NCBI GenBank assembly: GCA_024407725.1
Contig: JAKSVZ010000004.1
Location: 1 to 32,000, forward strand
Direction: 5' to 3'
Length of the DNA stretch: 32,000 bases
Source of the DNA: Opitutales bacterium
Lineage (GTDB): Bacteria; Verrucomicrobiota; Verrucomicrobiia; Opitutales; UBA9783
Positions 9,395 through 19,667 of the stretch are shown here, in pieces. A model generated the notes under the pieces. That model was given only the letters and a program-made list of their open reading frames with translations, was not told the origin of the DNA and did not search any database. Each line of letters starts with the position of its first letter. The first letter of the stretch is position 1. Position numbers and translations under genes: made by a program.

Positions 9395-11226
9395 GGGGTA
9401 ACGTTCGGCTCTTTTAACGGTTTTAATGATTGAATCGATTGTTTTAAAGGCTCCTGCTCCGATGCATTGGTCATAATACGCACCACCATCGTGTCATCCC
9501 CAATGAACGATTGAGCGCACATTAGAGCATCCAAAGTCGGTTGATCGCTTCGACGATCGTCATCCAAAAATACATAAGGTAGCTCTTTGGACAATCCCGA
9601 CCGTTGAATAGTCTTCAATACCCGCGTGCTTACTTCGGTCAAAATCAATTGTCGATTGTGCAGGTGCATAAAGCGCGCTAAGCTTTCCAGTGCCAACAAA
9701 CAGGTTGCATCGATGTATAACACACGGCGGAATTTTAAAATAATCGCCTTCAACTGCGGCCGTTTACAGATTTCCCGAATTTGATCATTAAACAAGTCGG
9801 ATGAGCCAAAGAACACATTCCTATTGATGTGAATAATCGATACTTCTGATTGCAGGGTATCAGTATCGTTAGGCGAAGGCATTAACGTTCCGCCTTCATA
9901 AACATATTCTCGGAACGCAGGAACCGCTGCTTTTCTTAAAAACAAGGCGATGGAAATCAGGACGCCGATAAAAATGGCAATATTCAGCGGTACCACCAAA
10001 GCCGATAAGCAGGTAACGCAAAAAACGCAGGTATCCGACAGGCTTGTTTTAAAAATCACCTGCAGCTTGTGCTTATCCAGCAGTTCCAATCCCAGCAAAA
10101 CAATCACCATCGACAATCCGCATTTCGGGATATAGCTGAAACAGGGCGCGAACAAAGCGATGCTCAATAGGAAAAATAAAGCGCAAAACAGGTTGGTTAA
10201 TGCTGTTTTTGCCCCACTGATGTAATTGGAGGCAGAGCGTATGTTGGAGCAAGCAGCGGGCATTCCGGAACCGAGACCGCAAAAGATATTAGCCCATCCC
10301 ATACCCCAAGCCATTTGATTCACCTGAGAGCGTTTCCCTCTAGAGGAAGAAAGGGTTTTAAGAATGGTGTTGCCATCGATCAGGCTGACAAAGCTTAAGG
10401 TTAACGCAACCCCCACCATGGTATGCAAATTTTCCAAGTTGAATCCTTGCACCGACGGGCTCCAAGCATGCAAATGCAGTTCATTCGGCGCCAAAGGGAA
10501 GCCACAAAAACGCGCCAAACAAAAATTAACCAACCCCAAGGATAACAAGGTGAGAGCAACCGTAAATTTGGTAGGCGCAATCCGTTTCCACAGGAAGAAA
10601 AAGAACAATGTTAAGCAACAAATACCGGTGGCATTTAACGAGGCATGGTTAAGATTCATCAGGGTCGCACCCGTTAGCTTAAAAAACGTTGCTTTATTGG
10701 GATTGATACCGATTAAATCGAACCCTAACGCGTTATGGATTTGAAATACGATCATCATGAGGGTCAGGGCGCATATATATCCACAGATAACGCTTTGAGA
10801 CACGTACTGCATCAACGAAGCAATGTTAAGGAAAGCGCTAATGATTAAAAACACCCCTGTTAAGACCAAAATAATAGGCAAATAGTAGCCAAATTGGTCA
10901 CTGGGAATACCGGCCGCACTGAAGGCACTTAAAATAACAATCGCGCTTGCATTGGTTGGCCCTATGCTTAATACGTTGGAGCCTGAAAACAAAGCGCCCG
11001 CAATCGCCGCCAGTACCATGCCATACAAACCGTATTCGATGGGTAACCCTGCCATAAGCGCGTAAATAATGGCCTGAGGAAAGGCAATCAGGGTAACGTT
11101 GAGGCCGGCCATTAAATCCGCCCCTAAATAACTCATACGGTAATGGGCACAGTCATCCCATAAGGGCACAAAACGCAAGCGTGCCCTTTTCATTACCCGA
11201 AAGGCTAACCTCAATAAATGACGCAC
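9391..11226 (-). CDS. SulP-family anion (sulfate/bicarbonate-type) permease with C-terminal STAS domain
   Basis: A polytopic core (e.g. AFPQAIIYALMAGLP, SIGPTNASA) is followed by a soluble ~140-aa STAS-like tail (ILKFRRVLYIDATCLLALESLARF). Its TGA stop overlaps the tilS ATG (ATGA). Confidence 0.85.
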   Translation of the reverse strand: MRHLLRLAFRVMKRARLRFVPLWDDCAHYRMSYLGADLMAGLNVTLIAFPQAIIYALMAGLPIEYGLYGMVLAAIAGALFSGSNVLSIGPTNASAIVILSAFSAAGIPSDQFGYYLPIILVLTGVFLIISAFLNIASLMQYVSQSVICGYICALTLMMIVFQIHNALGFDLIGINPNKATFFKLTGATLMNLNHASLNATGICCLTLFFFFLWKRIAPTKFTVALTLLSLGLVNFCLARFCGFPLAPNELHLHAWSPSVQGFNLENLHTMVGVALTLSFVSLIDGNTILKTLSSSRGKRSQVNQMAWGMGWANIFCGLGSGMPAACSNIRSASNYISGAKTALTNLFCALFFLLSIALFAPCFSYIPKCGLSMVIVLLGLELLDKHKLQVIFKTSLSDTCVFCVTCLSALVVPLNIAIFIGVLISIALFLRKAAVPAFREYVYEGGTLMPSPNDTDTLQSEVSIIHINRNVFFGSSDLFNDQIREICKRPQLKAIILKFRRVLYIDATCLLALESLARFMHLHNRQLILTEVSTRVLKTIQRSGLSKELPYVFLDDDRRSDQPTLDALMCAQSFIGDDTMVVRIMTNASEQEPLKQSIQSLKPLKEPNVTP

Positions 11227-11239
11227 TAAAGAATAATTC

Positions 11240-12454
11240 TTACACAGCGCTTCCGCTTTGTAAAGTGTGCTTTTTGTACGTTAGACCTTGATAGCTAAGA
11301 TACAACAAAATGGAACAATTGATGGTCAATTGAACGATAATAAAGGCCGGTAAAAACTCCGGTATGCAGTTGATAAAGATGGAAAAGATGGCATTGATTC
11401 CCACTTGGCAGATGGAAATGAACGAACTAGCGCTGCCGATTTTGTGAACCGGTACCGCATCCAACGCTTTTGCCTGCATCAATGGCCTCAAGAACGAACC
11501 GGCAATATTATGCAGGATAATCGGTAACAACAGCGCGAATTTAAACCCACCATGGCCTTTGTCCCAGATGAACAAACTCAGGATGGCGATTAACGCACTG
11601 CCTTGAAGGAAGAAAATACGCTTGTAAACAGCCATGGATGAGGCATGCGCCGTAAAGCGTTTAAGGAACATCGACCCTAAGCAATAAGGAATAATGGGGA
11701 TCAATTGATACCACAGGAGGTAATGGGGGTCGATTTGATAATGGCGCACCAACAAACTGCAATAGCTTCCCCACAAGCAAAATCCCGAGATAGAAAAACA
11801 CGCCATGACGGTGGGTATCAAAAAGCCGCTTTTGAGCACGCTATGTTTTTGTTCTTTCTCCTCTGCTTCATTCACTGGATCAACCGGCAACGCAACGTGG
11901 GTTTCTCGATGCTGAAAAATATAAAAATAGAAAATCGCGCAGCAGGTAAGCGCTAAATAAAGGATATAAATCAAGCGCCAAGACATTTTGAGGGATACGA
12001 TATGCCCAAGGGTCGGCAAAACCACCGAGGCAATAGAAAAAATCACCTGTTCAGAAGCAACAATCGATGCGCGCCCTCTAGGGGAAAAGAGCTGCATGAG
12101 CAAGACCAATCCCATGACTTGTCCTCCCCCCAACCCTAAACCTTGGATAAAACGCGCACCAATTAACATCGGCATACCGTTCGCAAAACAGGCCATTAAA
12201 TGCCCAAAAAACGCTACCCAAAGCGTAATTAAAATACATTTACGCCCACTGCAGTTGTCGGCTACCAAACCAACCACGCAGCGTATAAAGAAAATAGCAC
12301 AGAAATACAGAGAAAGCGTTAATTTGATCTGAAAGTCCGATCCCAACAGCTCTTGATTGATGAATAAAATGCACTGATTATAAACCGCATTATGAGTGGT
12401 ATTGAGCGCACAAATCACCAGCAGCAAATAAAATAAAAATCGAGACGGCTTCAC
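11240..12454 (-). CDS. MFS transporter
   Basis: There are about 12 hydrophobic segments, and the loop 2-3 region GLVADNCSGRKCIL resembles the MFS D-x-x-G-R-K/R motif. The start codon is GTG (plus-strand cac at 12452..12454). Substrate is unknown. Confidence 0.75.
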   Translation of the reverse strand: MKPSRFLFYLLLVICALNTTHNAVYNQCILFINQELLGSDFQIKLTLSLYFCAIFFIRCVVGLVADNCSGRKCILITLWVAFFGHLMACFANGMPMLIGARFIQGLGLGGGQVMGLVLLMQLFSPRGRASIVASEQVIFSIASVVLPTLGHIVSLKMSWRLIYILYLALTCCAIFYFYIFQHRETHVALPVDPVNEAEEKEQKHSVLKSGFLIPTVMACFSISGFCLWGSYCSLLVRHYQIDPHYLLWYQLIPIIPYCLGSMFLKRFTAHASSMAVYKRIFFLQGSALIAILSLFIWDKGHGGFKFALLLPIILHNIAGSFLRPLMQAKALDAVPVHKIGSASSFISICQVGINAIFSIFINCIPEFLPAFIIVQLTINCSILLYLSYQGLTYKKHTLQSGSAV

Positions 12455-12493
12455 CGCGTTTAATTAGAGAATAAAAGGAACAAAAATTCAATT

Positions 12494-12523
12494 AAAAAAG
12501 CCGGACAAAAACTGTGTCCGGCT
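12494..12523 (-). terminator. Rho-independent terminator downstream of OMP paralog 2
   Basis: The minus-sense sequence is AGCCGGACA-cagtttt-TGTCCGGCT followed by TTTTT. It lies about 30 nt after the stop at 12555. Confidence 0.8.
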
Positions 12524-12554
12524 TGAAAGACAAGGGGACATACCCCTCAAAGAC

Positions 12555-13505
12555 TTAGAACGTCCGCCCTAGACCCAAATAGATTTGGTCGGAATGCATA
12601 TTAGCAAGCTTGTTGATTGTTTGACCCCACATCTTGTTATCAAATATTTGATGTAAGCCGATATGGCGATAGCCAACTTCAAAGAGCGTTTCAAATTTCT
12701 CTGCGCGTACAAAGAGCATGAAGTTATACAATAACGCTCCGCTATGCGCATATTTACGACCTTGCTTAAACTTTGCACCATTGCTAAACCATAAAAAGTG
12801 GTAATCATTATCTCCAGCATCTCGTAAATAACCTAACATCGTATCGAACTCCAAGGTGCTAAATTTGGTACAGACATAAGCACCGCCGATACCACCGCCA
12901 ATACCTGCAGATAACCAATCCAATAGGTACTGTTCCCAGTAGAAATTAGCTTGTGCACCCACAATCCGTTGATTTTTTAGGTACATCGGGCGAATTTGAG
13001 CTCTGTGTTCTTTTCCAGCATACTGTACAAAAAGGAAATCTGGGCGCGGCATATTCACTTGATGTTCCATTTCATCCTCAATTAGCCCTCCACCAACTGG
13101 TAAATCATAAACAGCCTGGTCACGGTCTTTCTTATCGTAACGCGCATAGGCACCTAGGATTTCAATTTCGATTCCTAAAGCTCCTAAATCAAAGACATTG
13201 AAGCGTCGACCTAAGGCTACCGATAGATTATGATGGCCTTTGTAATCAAAACGCCCTTTGGTACAGTTAGCATCACGCACGAAGCTAATAGCGTCACCAA
13301 AGACTAATTGAGCAGGATCTTCATTACCATTACCAGAAGCAACCGAAACCCAGTCTGGTGCAGCCCCTTGTTGTTTGTTGAAACTACTTACTTCATCGGC
13401 TTTCAATTCTCCGAACCCACTACGTACCATGACGTAACCGTAGGCTGGCAAGCTCATCCCTAAGCTAGCGCTTAGAGCTAAAAATGCTAAATAACTTTTT
13501 CTCAT
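12555..13505 (-). CDS. Putative beta-barrel outer-membrane protein, paralog 2
   Basis: It has a signal peptide MRKSYLAFLALSASLGMSLPAYG, family blocks as in 2546..3394, and ends LGLGRTF. The ORF track starts at a TTG (13517). I prefer the ATG at 13503..13505, which is preceded by GAAGGAAAAA (an SD with about 5-nt spacing). Confidence 0.75.
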   Translation of the reverse strand: MRKSYLAFLALSASLGMSLPAYGYVMVRSGFGELKADEVSSFNKQQGAAPDWVSVASGNGNEDPAQLVFGDAISFVRDANCTKGRFDYKGHHNLSVALGRRFNVFDLGALGIEIEILGAYARYDKKDRDQAVYDLPVGGGLIEDEMEHQVNMPRPDFLFVQYAGKEHRAQIRPMYLKNQRIVGAQANFYWEQYLLDWLSAGIGGGIGGAYVCTKFSTLEFDTMLGYLRDAGDNDYHFLWFSNGAKFKQGRKYAHSGALLYNFMLFVRAEKFETLFEVGYRHIGLHQIFDNKMWGQTINKLANMHSDQIYLGLGRTF

Positions 13506-13515
13506 TTTTTCCTTC

Positions 13516-13551
13516 AACTAATTAAACTAATTAAACTAATTAAACTAATTA
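13516..13551. repeat. Four perfect tandem copies of a 9-bp unit (plus strand AACTAATTA) in the leader of OMP paralog 2
   Basis: Read directly: aactaatta x4 at 13516-24, 13525-33, 13534-42 and 13543-51. Each unit contains the palindrome TAATTA. The array lies between a minus-sense TATAAT (13556..13561) and the SD. Confidence 0.9.
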
Positions 13552-13629
13552 CTTTATTATAAGTTTATATATCTATGCTCTTTCTTGTCAATGTCAAATG
13601 TTTTTTCTAAAAATATTTTATAAGCCTAT

Positions 13630-14217
13630 TTATTCGCCCAATTGATAACGAACGAAGCGGCGGACAACAATATTTTCCCCCATACTTGCTATTTTGCTCG
13701 CAATCAAATCTTTAATCGTTACGGTGCTATCTTTAAAGAACTCCTGATCGAGGAGGCAAAACTCATTAGCCCACTTATCCAATTTCCCCTGAACGATTTT
13801 TTCGACAACCGGTTCAGGCTTACCAGCGCATTGAGCGCGCGCAATCTCGGCTTCCTTATCCAACACCTCCTTGGGAGCGTTTTCTTTAGAAACATACTGG
13901 GGATTAGTCGCTGCAATCTGTAGGCAAATATCCAAGGCTAAGCGTTGAAATTCATCTGTGTGAGCAACAAAATCAGTTTCGCAATTAAGTTCCAACAGCA
14001 CGCCTAACTTGTCGCCTGCGTGAATATAGGACTTAATCACCCCTGCTTTGGCTTCACGACCCATTTTCTTAACAGCGCGCGCCATTCCTTTTTTCTTTAA
14101 AATCTCGATTGCTTCCGCTTCCGAACCGTTAGCTTCAATCAACGCTTGTTTGCAATCCAAAGGCCCTGCGCCCGTTTTTGCGCGCAAAGCCGCCACTTGT
14201 TCAATTGAAATACCCAT
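13630..14217 (-). CDS. tsf: Translation elongation factor Ts (short ~195-aa form)
   Basis: It has the N-terminal UBA-like VAALRAKTGAGPLDCKQALIEANG and the core signature LELNCETDFVA. It starts 8 nt after rpsB. Confidence 0.93.
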   Translation of the reverse strand: MGISIEQVAALRAKTGAGPLDCKQALIEANGSEAEAIEILKKKGMARAVKKMGREAKAGVIKSYIHAGDKLGVLLELNCETDFVAHTDEFQRLALDICLQIAATNPQYVSKENAPKEVLDKEAEIARAQCAGKPEPVVEKIVQGKLDKWANEFCLLDQEFFKDSTVTIKDLIASKIASMGENIVVRRFVRYQLGE

Positions 14218-14225
14218 AAAATGAC

Positions 14226-15329
14226 CTATTTTTTAGCACTTTTGCTGGCAGGTTTTGCAGCCGACTTTTTCGCTGGAGCTTTTTTGGCTGTAGCGGATTT
14301 AGCGGGTGCCTTTTTAGCCGCTGACTTTGGAGCAGCAGATTTAGGTGCCGCAGACGATTTGGCAACCGACTTAGCCGCCTTGGTAGTATCCTTTTTTACC
14401 GCCTTAGCTTTTGCTTTGCTTTCAAGCGCTGCTTTTTTGCTGGCAACCTTGGTGGTTATCTTTTCTTTGGTTGGCGCAGCTTCATCCTCATCCTCCATTA
14501 CAATTGGAGCTGCTTTAACCGCTTTCGTTTGAACAGCAGCTTTGGTTTCGCCAAAGGTAGGACGTTTTCGCTCCCAACTCTTGGCTTGAGCACCCATTGC
14601 TTTTTGACCCAATTCAGACTTGCCATCCAACTTGTTGCGGGCGATCTTGTTCAAATCGATCCCTTCTAGCATAGCTTCCTTGAGGCATTCAAAAATCAAC
14701 TGCAACGATTTATTCGAATCATCATTCGCGGGAATAGGATAATCCAATAAGGTTGGATCTCCGTTGGTATCTACAATACCCACGGTTGGGATTCCCAAAC
14801 GACGGGCTTCGTTCAATGCAATGTGTTCTTTCAATACATCGACCACAAACAAAACATCAGGATATTGCTCGAGCGACAAAATACCTTCGAATCCACGATG
14901 CATGTGCGCCATGGTACGACGAATGACTGAACTTTCCTTCTTGAGCATCTTATCCAGATCGCCAGAAGCTTCCATGTCCAAAAAGCGACGGTATTTCGCC
15001 AAACTGCTTTGAACTGTTTTAAAATTGGTTAAGCAGCCACCGAGCCAACGATTAGCGCAGAAAGGCATACCGGTTGCTTGACCCAGTTCGCGAATCGGCT
15101 CCTGAGCTTGGGTTTTGGTTCCGACCAATAAAACCTTAGCACCCTGCTTCATGCGATCGGTTAAAAAACGGGTTGCCCGTTCTAAGCACAAATGGGTTTG
15201 TTCCAAATCGATAATCGACACCCCTTGGATGTGTTTATAAAGATAAGGGGTAAATTTAGGGTTCCACCGTTTCAATTGATGACCGATATGTACACCGGCC
15301 TCAAACATAGTTTCACATTCTGGTATCAT
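14226..15329 (-). CDS. rpsB: 30S ribosomal protein S2 with long Lys/Ala-rich C-terminal extension
   Basis: S2 blocks are present: AGVHIGHQLKRWNPKF, VLLVGTKTQAQ, RWLGGCLTNFKT and IPTVGIVDTN. The last ~84 aa are low-complexity (KSAAPKSAAPKSAAKKAPAKSATAKKAPAKKSAAKPASKSAKK). Confidence 0.93.
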   Translation of the reverse strand: MIPECETMFEAGVHIGHQLKRWNPKFTPYLYKHIQGVSIIDLEQTHLCLERATRFLTDRMKQGAKVLLVGTKTQAQEPIRELGQATGMPFCANRWLGGCLTNFKTVQSSLAKYRRFLDMEASGDLDKMLKKESSVIRRTMAHMHRGFEGILSLEQYPDVLFVVDVLKEHIALNEARRLGIPTVGIVDTNGDPTLLDYPIPANDDSNKSLQLIFECLKEAMLEGIDLNKIARNKLDGKSELGQKAMGAQAKSWERKRPTFGETKAAVQTKAVKAAPIVMEDEDEAAPTKEKITTKVASKKAALESKAKAKAVKKDTTKAAKSVAKSSAAPKSAAPKSAAKKAPAKSATAKKAPAKKSAAKPASKSAKK

Positions 15330-15474
15330 AAGCTCCGTCTTCCTTTCAGAATCTTGGATAATAATCGTTTAAGGGTTTAATTTTTTTTATTTTTTAAAAA
15401 ATTTTTGTGCTTTTCGCCTCGAATGCAAGCGAAAAATTGCTAAAACGCGCGCGCAGTGCTTGAAAGTTGACCAT

Positions 15475-15503
15475 AAAAAAGGCAGGGAATCGACTCCCTG
15501 CCT
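15475..15503 (-). terminator. Rho-independent terminator downstream of groEL
   Basis: The minus-sense sequence is AGGCAGGGA-gtcgat-TCCCTGCCT followed by TTTTT. It lies about 24 nt after the groEL stop. Confidence 0.8.
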
Positions 15504-15526
15504 TGATTCTGTCACTAAGCGTGGAT

Positions 15527-17475
<1,949 letters not shown>

Positions 17476-17500
17476 TCTATTTCCTTCCTGTGTTTAAATG

Positions 17501-19465
17501 TTAATGTGTGTCGCTCTGCGTCTTTTTATCATTCACTACTTCAAAATCTGCGTCAACCACATTTTCCTTTTGGTTTGCAGCCTTCTCGTTAGCTCCTGAA
17601 CTCGTTTGAGCGCTACCTGCAGCAGTATTAGCCGCCCCATTATTACCATACATCGCATGACCTAGCTCCTGCATAAGGTTCATCAACTCTGTTTCCTTGG
17701 CTTTTAACGTATCCAAGGTGGCGTTTTTGTCCTCTAACAGCTTCTTAACCTCATCAACTTTACCCTGAATAAGGGACATTTTGTCGGCAGGCAACTTACT
17801 ACCGAATTCCTTCAGCTGCTTTTCGGCCTGATACACAAAGCTATCCAAACGATTGCGGGTTTCAATCAACTCACGATCTTTCTTATCCTGTTCGGCAAAA
17901 CGTTCAGCTTCCTGACGCAGTTTTTCAACCTCTTCTTTGGATAATCCCGACGAACCGGAAATGGTGATATGTTGATCCTTACCGGTCGCCTTATCTTTAG
18001 CGGTTACGTGCAAAATACCATTCGCATCAATATCGAACGTTACTTCAATTTGAGGTTCACCGCGCGCAGCCATAGCAATGCCATCCAAGCGGAACATACC
18101 TAAAGTCTTATTGTCTTTAGCCAACGGACGTTCACCTTGCAACACGTGAATATCCACGGCTGTTTGATTATCGGCGTACGTCGAAAAGATTTGCGACTTT
18201 TTGGTAGGAATGGTCGAGTTACGCTCAATCATGGGCGTTGCAACCCCTCCTGCTGTTTCAATCCCCAAGGTCAATGGGGTAACATCCAACAACAGAACGT
18301 CATTAACATCCCCTCTGAGTACTCCTCCTTGAATAGCAGCACCAATCGCTACCACTTCATCCGGATTGACCCCCTTATTCGCTTGTTTATCCACCAAAGT
18401 GTTGGCAATATCGACGATTTTTGGAGAACGGGTCATACCACCGACCAACACCAATTCATGGATTGCATGAGCATCCACCTTGGCATCCTTCAAGCAAGCA
18501 AAGAATGGGTCTTTTAGCCGTTCGTACAATGAATCACAGATGCGCTCTAACTGAGCTCGTGTTAACTTAGCTTCTAAGTGTTTAGGTCCGGACGCATCAG
18601 CTGTAATAAAGGGTAGGCTAATATCTACCTCTTGTGCGGATGAAAGCGCAATCTTGGTTTCTTCTGCTTTTTCCTTTAAACGCTGACGAGCGCTGGGATC
18701 CTGCATCAAGTCAATACCATTTGCTTTCTTAAAATCATCCGTCATCCAATGGATAATGGCTTCATCCCAGTCATCTCCTCCTAATTGTGTATCTCCATTG
18801 GTAGCCTTTACCTCAAAGACACCATCACCAATTTCCAAAACGGATACATCGAAGGTTCCACCCCCGACATCAAAAACTGCAATCGTTTCGTTCTTTTTCT
18901 TATCCAATCCATACGCTAAAGAAGCCGCCGTTGGTTCATTGATAATACGGAGCACCTCAAGACCTGCAATCTTACCTGCATCCTTCGTTGCTTGACGTTG
19001 CGAATCATTGAAATAAGCAGGAACGGTGATAACCGCATGCGTAATGCTTTCCCCTAAATACGCTTCTGCGTCTGCTTTTAATTTAGCTAGAACCATAGCC
19101 GAAATTTGTTCGGGTGCAAATTGTTCTGTCTTATCCCCGACTTGGCATTCAATCCAAGCATCCCCGTTTTTACCCGCAATAACTTTATAGGGTAAATTGC
19201 TAACAAGATCCTGAACTTCTGTAATTTTACGCCCAATCAAACGTTTAGCTGAAAAAATCGTGTTCTTTGGGTTTGTAACGGCTTGACGCTTGGCTGCTTG
19301 CCCTACCAACCGTTCACCTGATTTTGTAAACGCTACAATCGATGGGGTAGTACGCGCACCTTCGGCATTGGGGATAACCACCCATTCGCCATTGCTCATA
19401 ACCGCCATACATGAATTGGTGGTTCCCAAATCAATTCCTAAAACTTTACCTGTAACTTTATCCAT
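17501..19465 (-). CDS. dnaK: Molecular chaperone DnaK (Hsp70)
   Basis: Signatures are [38 protein letters not shown] and [14 protein letters not shown]. Confidence 0.98.
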   Translation of the reverse strand: MDKVTGKVLGIDLGTTNSCMAVMSNGEWVVIPNAEGARTTPSIVAFTKSGERLVGQAAKRQAVTNPKNTIFSAKRLIGRKITEVQDLVSNLPYKVIAGKNGDAWIECQVGDKTEQFAPEQISAMVLAKLKADAEAYLGESITHAVITVPAYFNDSQRQATKDAGKIAGLEVLRIINEPTAASLAYGLDKKKNETIAVFDVGGGTFDVSVLEIGDGVFEVKATNGDTQLGGDDWDEAIIHWMTDDFKKANGIDLMQDPSARQRLKEKAEETKIALSSAQEVDISLPFITADASGPKHLEAKLTRAQLERICDSLYERLKDPFFACLKDAKVDAHAIHELVLVGGMTRSPKIVDIANTLVDKQANKGVNPDEVVAIGAAIQGGVLRGDVNDVLLLDVTPLTLGIETAGGVATPMIERNSTIPTKKSQIFSTYADNQTAVDIHVLQGERPLAKDNKTLGMFRLDGIAMAARGEPQIEVTFDIDANGILHVTAKDKATGKDQHITISGSSGLSKEEVEKLRQEAERFAEQDKKDRELIETRNRLDSFVYQAEKQLKEFGSKLPADKMSLIQGKVDEVKKLLEDKNATLDTLKAKETELMNLMQELGHAMYGNNGAANTAAGSAQTSSGANEKAANQKENVVDADFEVVNDKKTQSDTH

Positions 19466-19495
19466 AACAAACTTTCAATCTACGCCCTATTAATG

Positions 19496-19512
19496 TGCAA
19501 AAATCGTGCCAA
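19496..19512 (-). promoter_or_regulatory. Sigma-54 (RpoN) -24/-12 promoter upstream of dnaK-groES-groEL
   Basis: The minus-sense sequence TTGGCACGATTTTTGCA matches YTGGCACGrNNNTTGCW at every defined position. The GC of the -12 element is about 32 nt upstream of the dnaK ATG. Confidence 0.7.
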
Positions 19513-19574
19513 CTTTGCAAATCAGCTTCTAGAGCTACTTTGGCAACATCGTCCATCAAAAATACCCCCTGTTT

Positions 19575-19612
19575 TGTGCCAAATTTGGCTCACATTTGAC
19601 ACAATTGGCACA
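19575..19612. promoter_or_regulatory. Inverted repeat TGTGCCAA-N22-TTGGCACA (with internal palindrome GCCAAATTTGGC); candidate enhancer (bEBP) site
   Basis: The plus strand reads tgtgccaaatttggctcacatttgacacaattggcaca. The outer 8-mers are exact reverse complements. The centre lies about 90 bp upstream of the sigma-54 promoter in the dnaK direction. Confidence 0.4.
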
Positions 19613-19667
19613 CATTAAAAACCATAAACGTTGACGTTAACGATTTATCGCTGTTTATAAAAAGCAT

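Noticed and set aside
13506-13517. TTG start (13517) for OMP paralog 2 as given by the ORF track
   Set aside because: It would place the start inside the 9-bp repeat boundary with no SD. The ATG at 13505 has GAAGGA 5 nt upstream and gives a normal Lys/Arg-then-hydrophobic signal peptide.
13516-13551. Tandem repeats here and at 29555-29610 as a CRISPR array or minisatellite-encoded peptide
   Set aside because: The units are only 9 and 15 bp and directly abut each other with no spacers. No cas genes are present, and the repeats are non-coding leaders.
14221-14532. 103-aa plus-strand ORF rich in Ala/Leu/Phe (MTYFLALLLAGFAADFFAGAFLAV...)
   Set aside because: It is the exact antisense of the Lys/Ala-rich tail of rpsB. 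AAG/GCN repeats read backwards give CTT/NGC, so the open frame is a composition artefact.
15330-15474. Structured rpsB leader (inverted repeat TTTTCGC...GCGAAAA at about 15411-15435) as an S2 autoregulatory element, and a specific rpsB promoter
   Set aside because: The 7-bp stem is present, but I cannot relate it to the known gammaproteobacterial rpsB leader fold by eye. Several weak -35/-10 combinations are possible in this very AT-rich stretch, so none is called.
19466-19667. CIRCE operator or sigma-32 promoter upstream of dnaK; additional sigma-54 promoters among the other TGGCA(C) copies
   Set aside because: I saw no TTAGCACTC/GAGTGCTAA arms and no CTTGAAA...CCCCAT pair on either strand. 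The other TGGCAC/TGGCAA/TGGCTC copies lack a TTGC at the required N5 spacing in either orientation.
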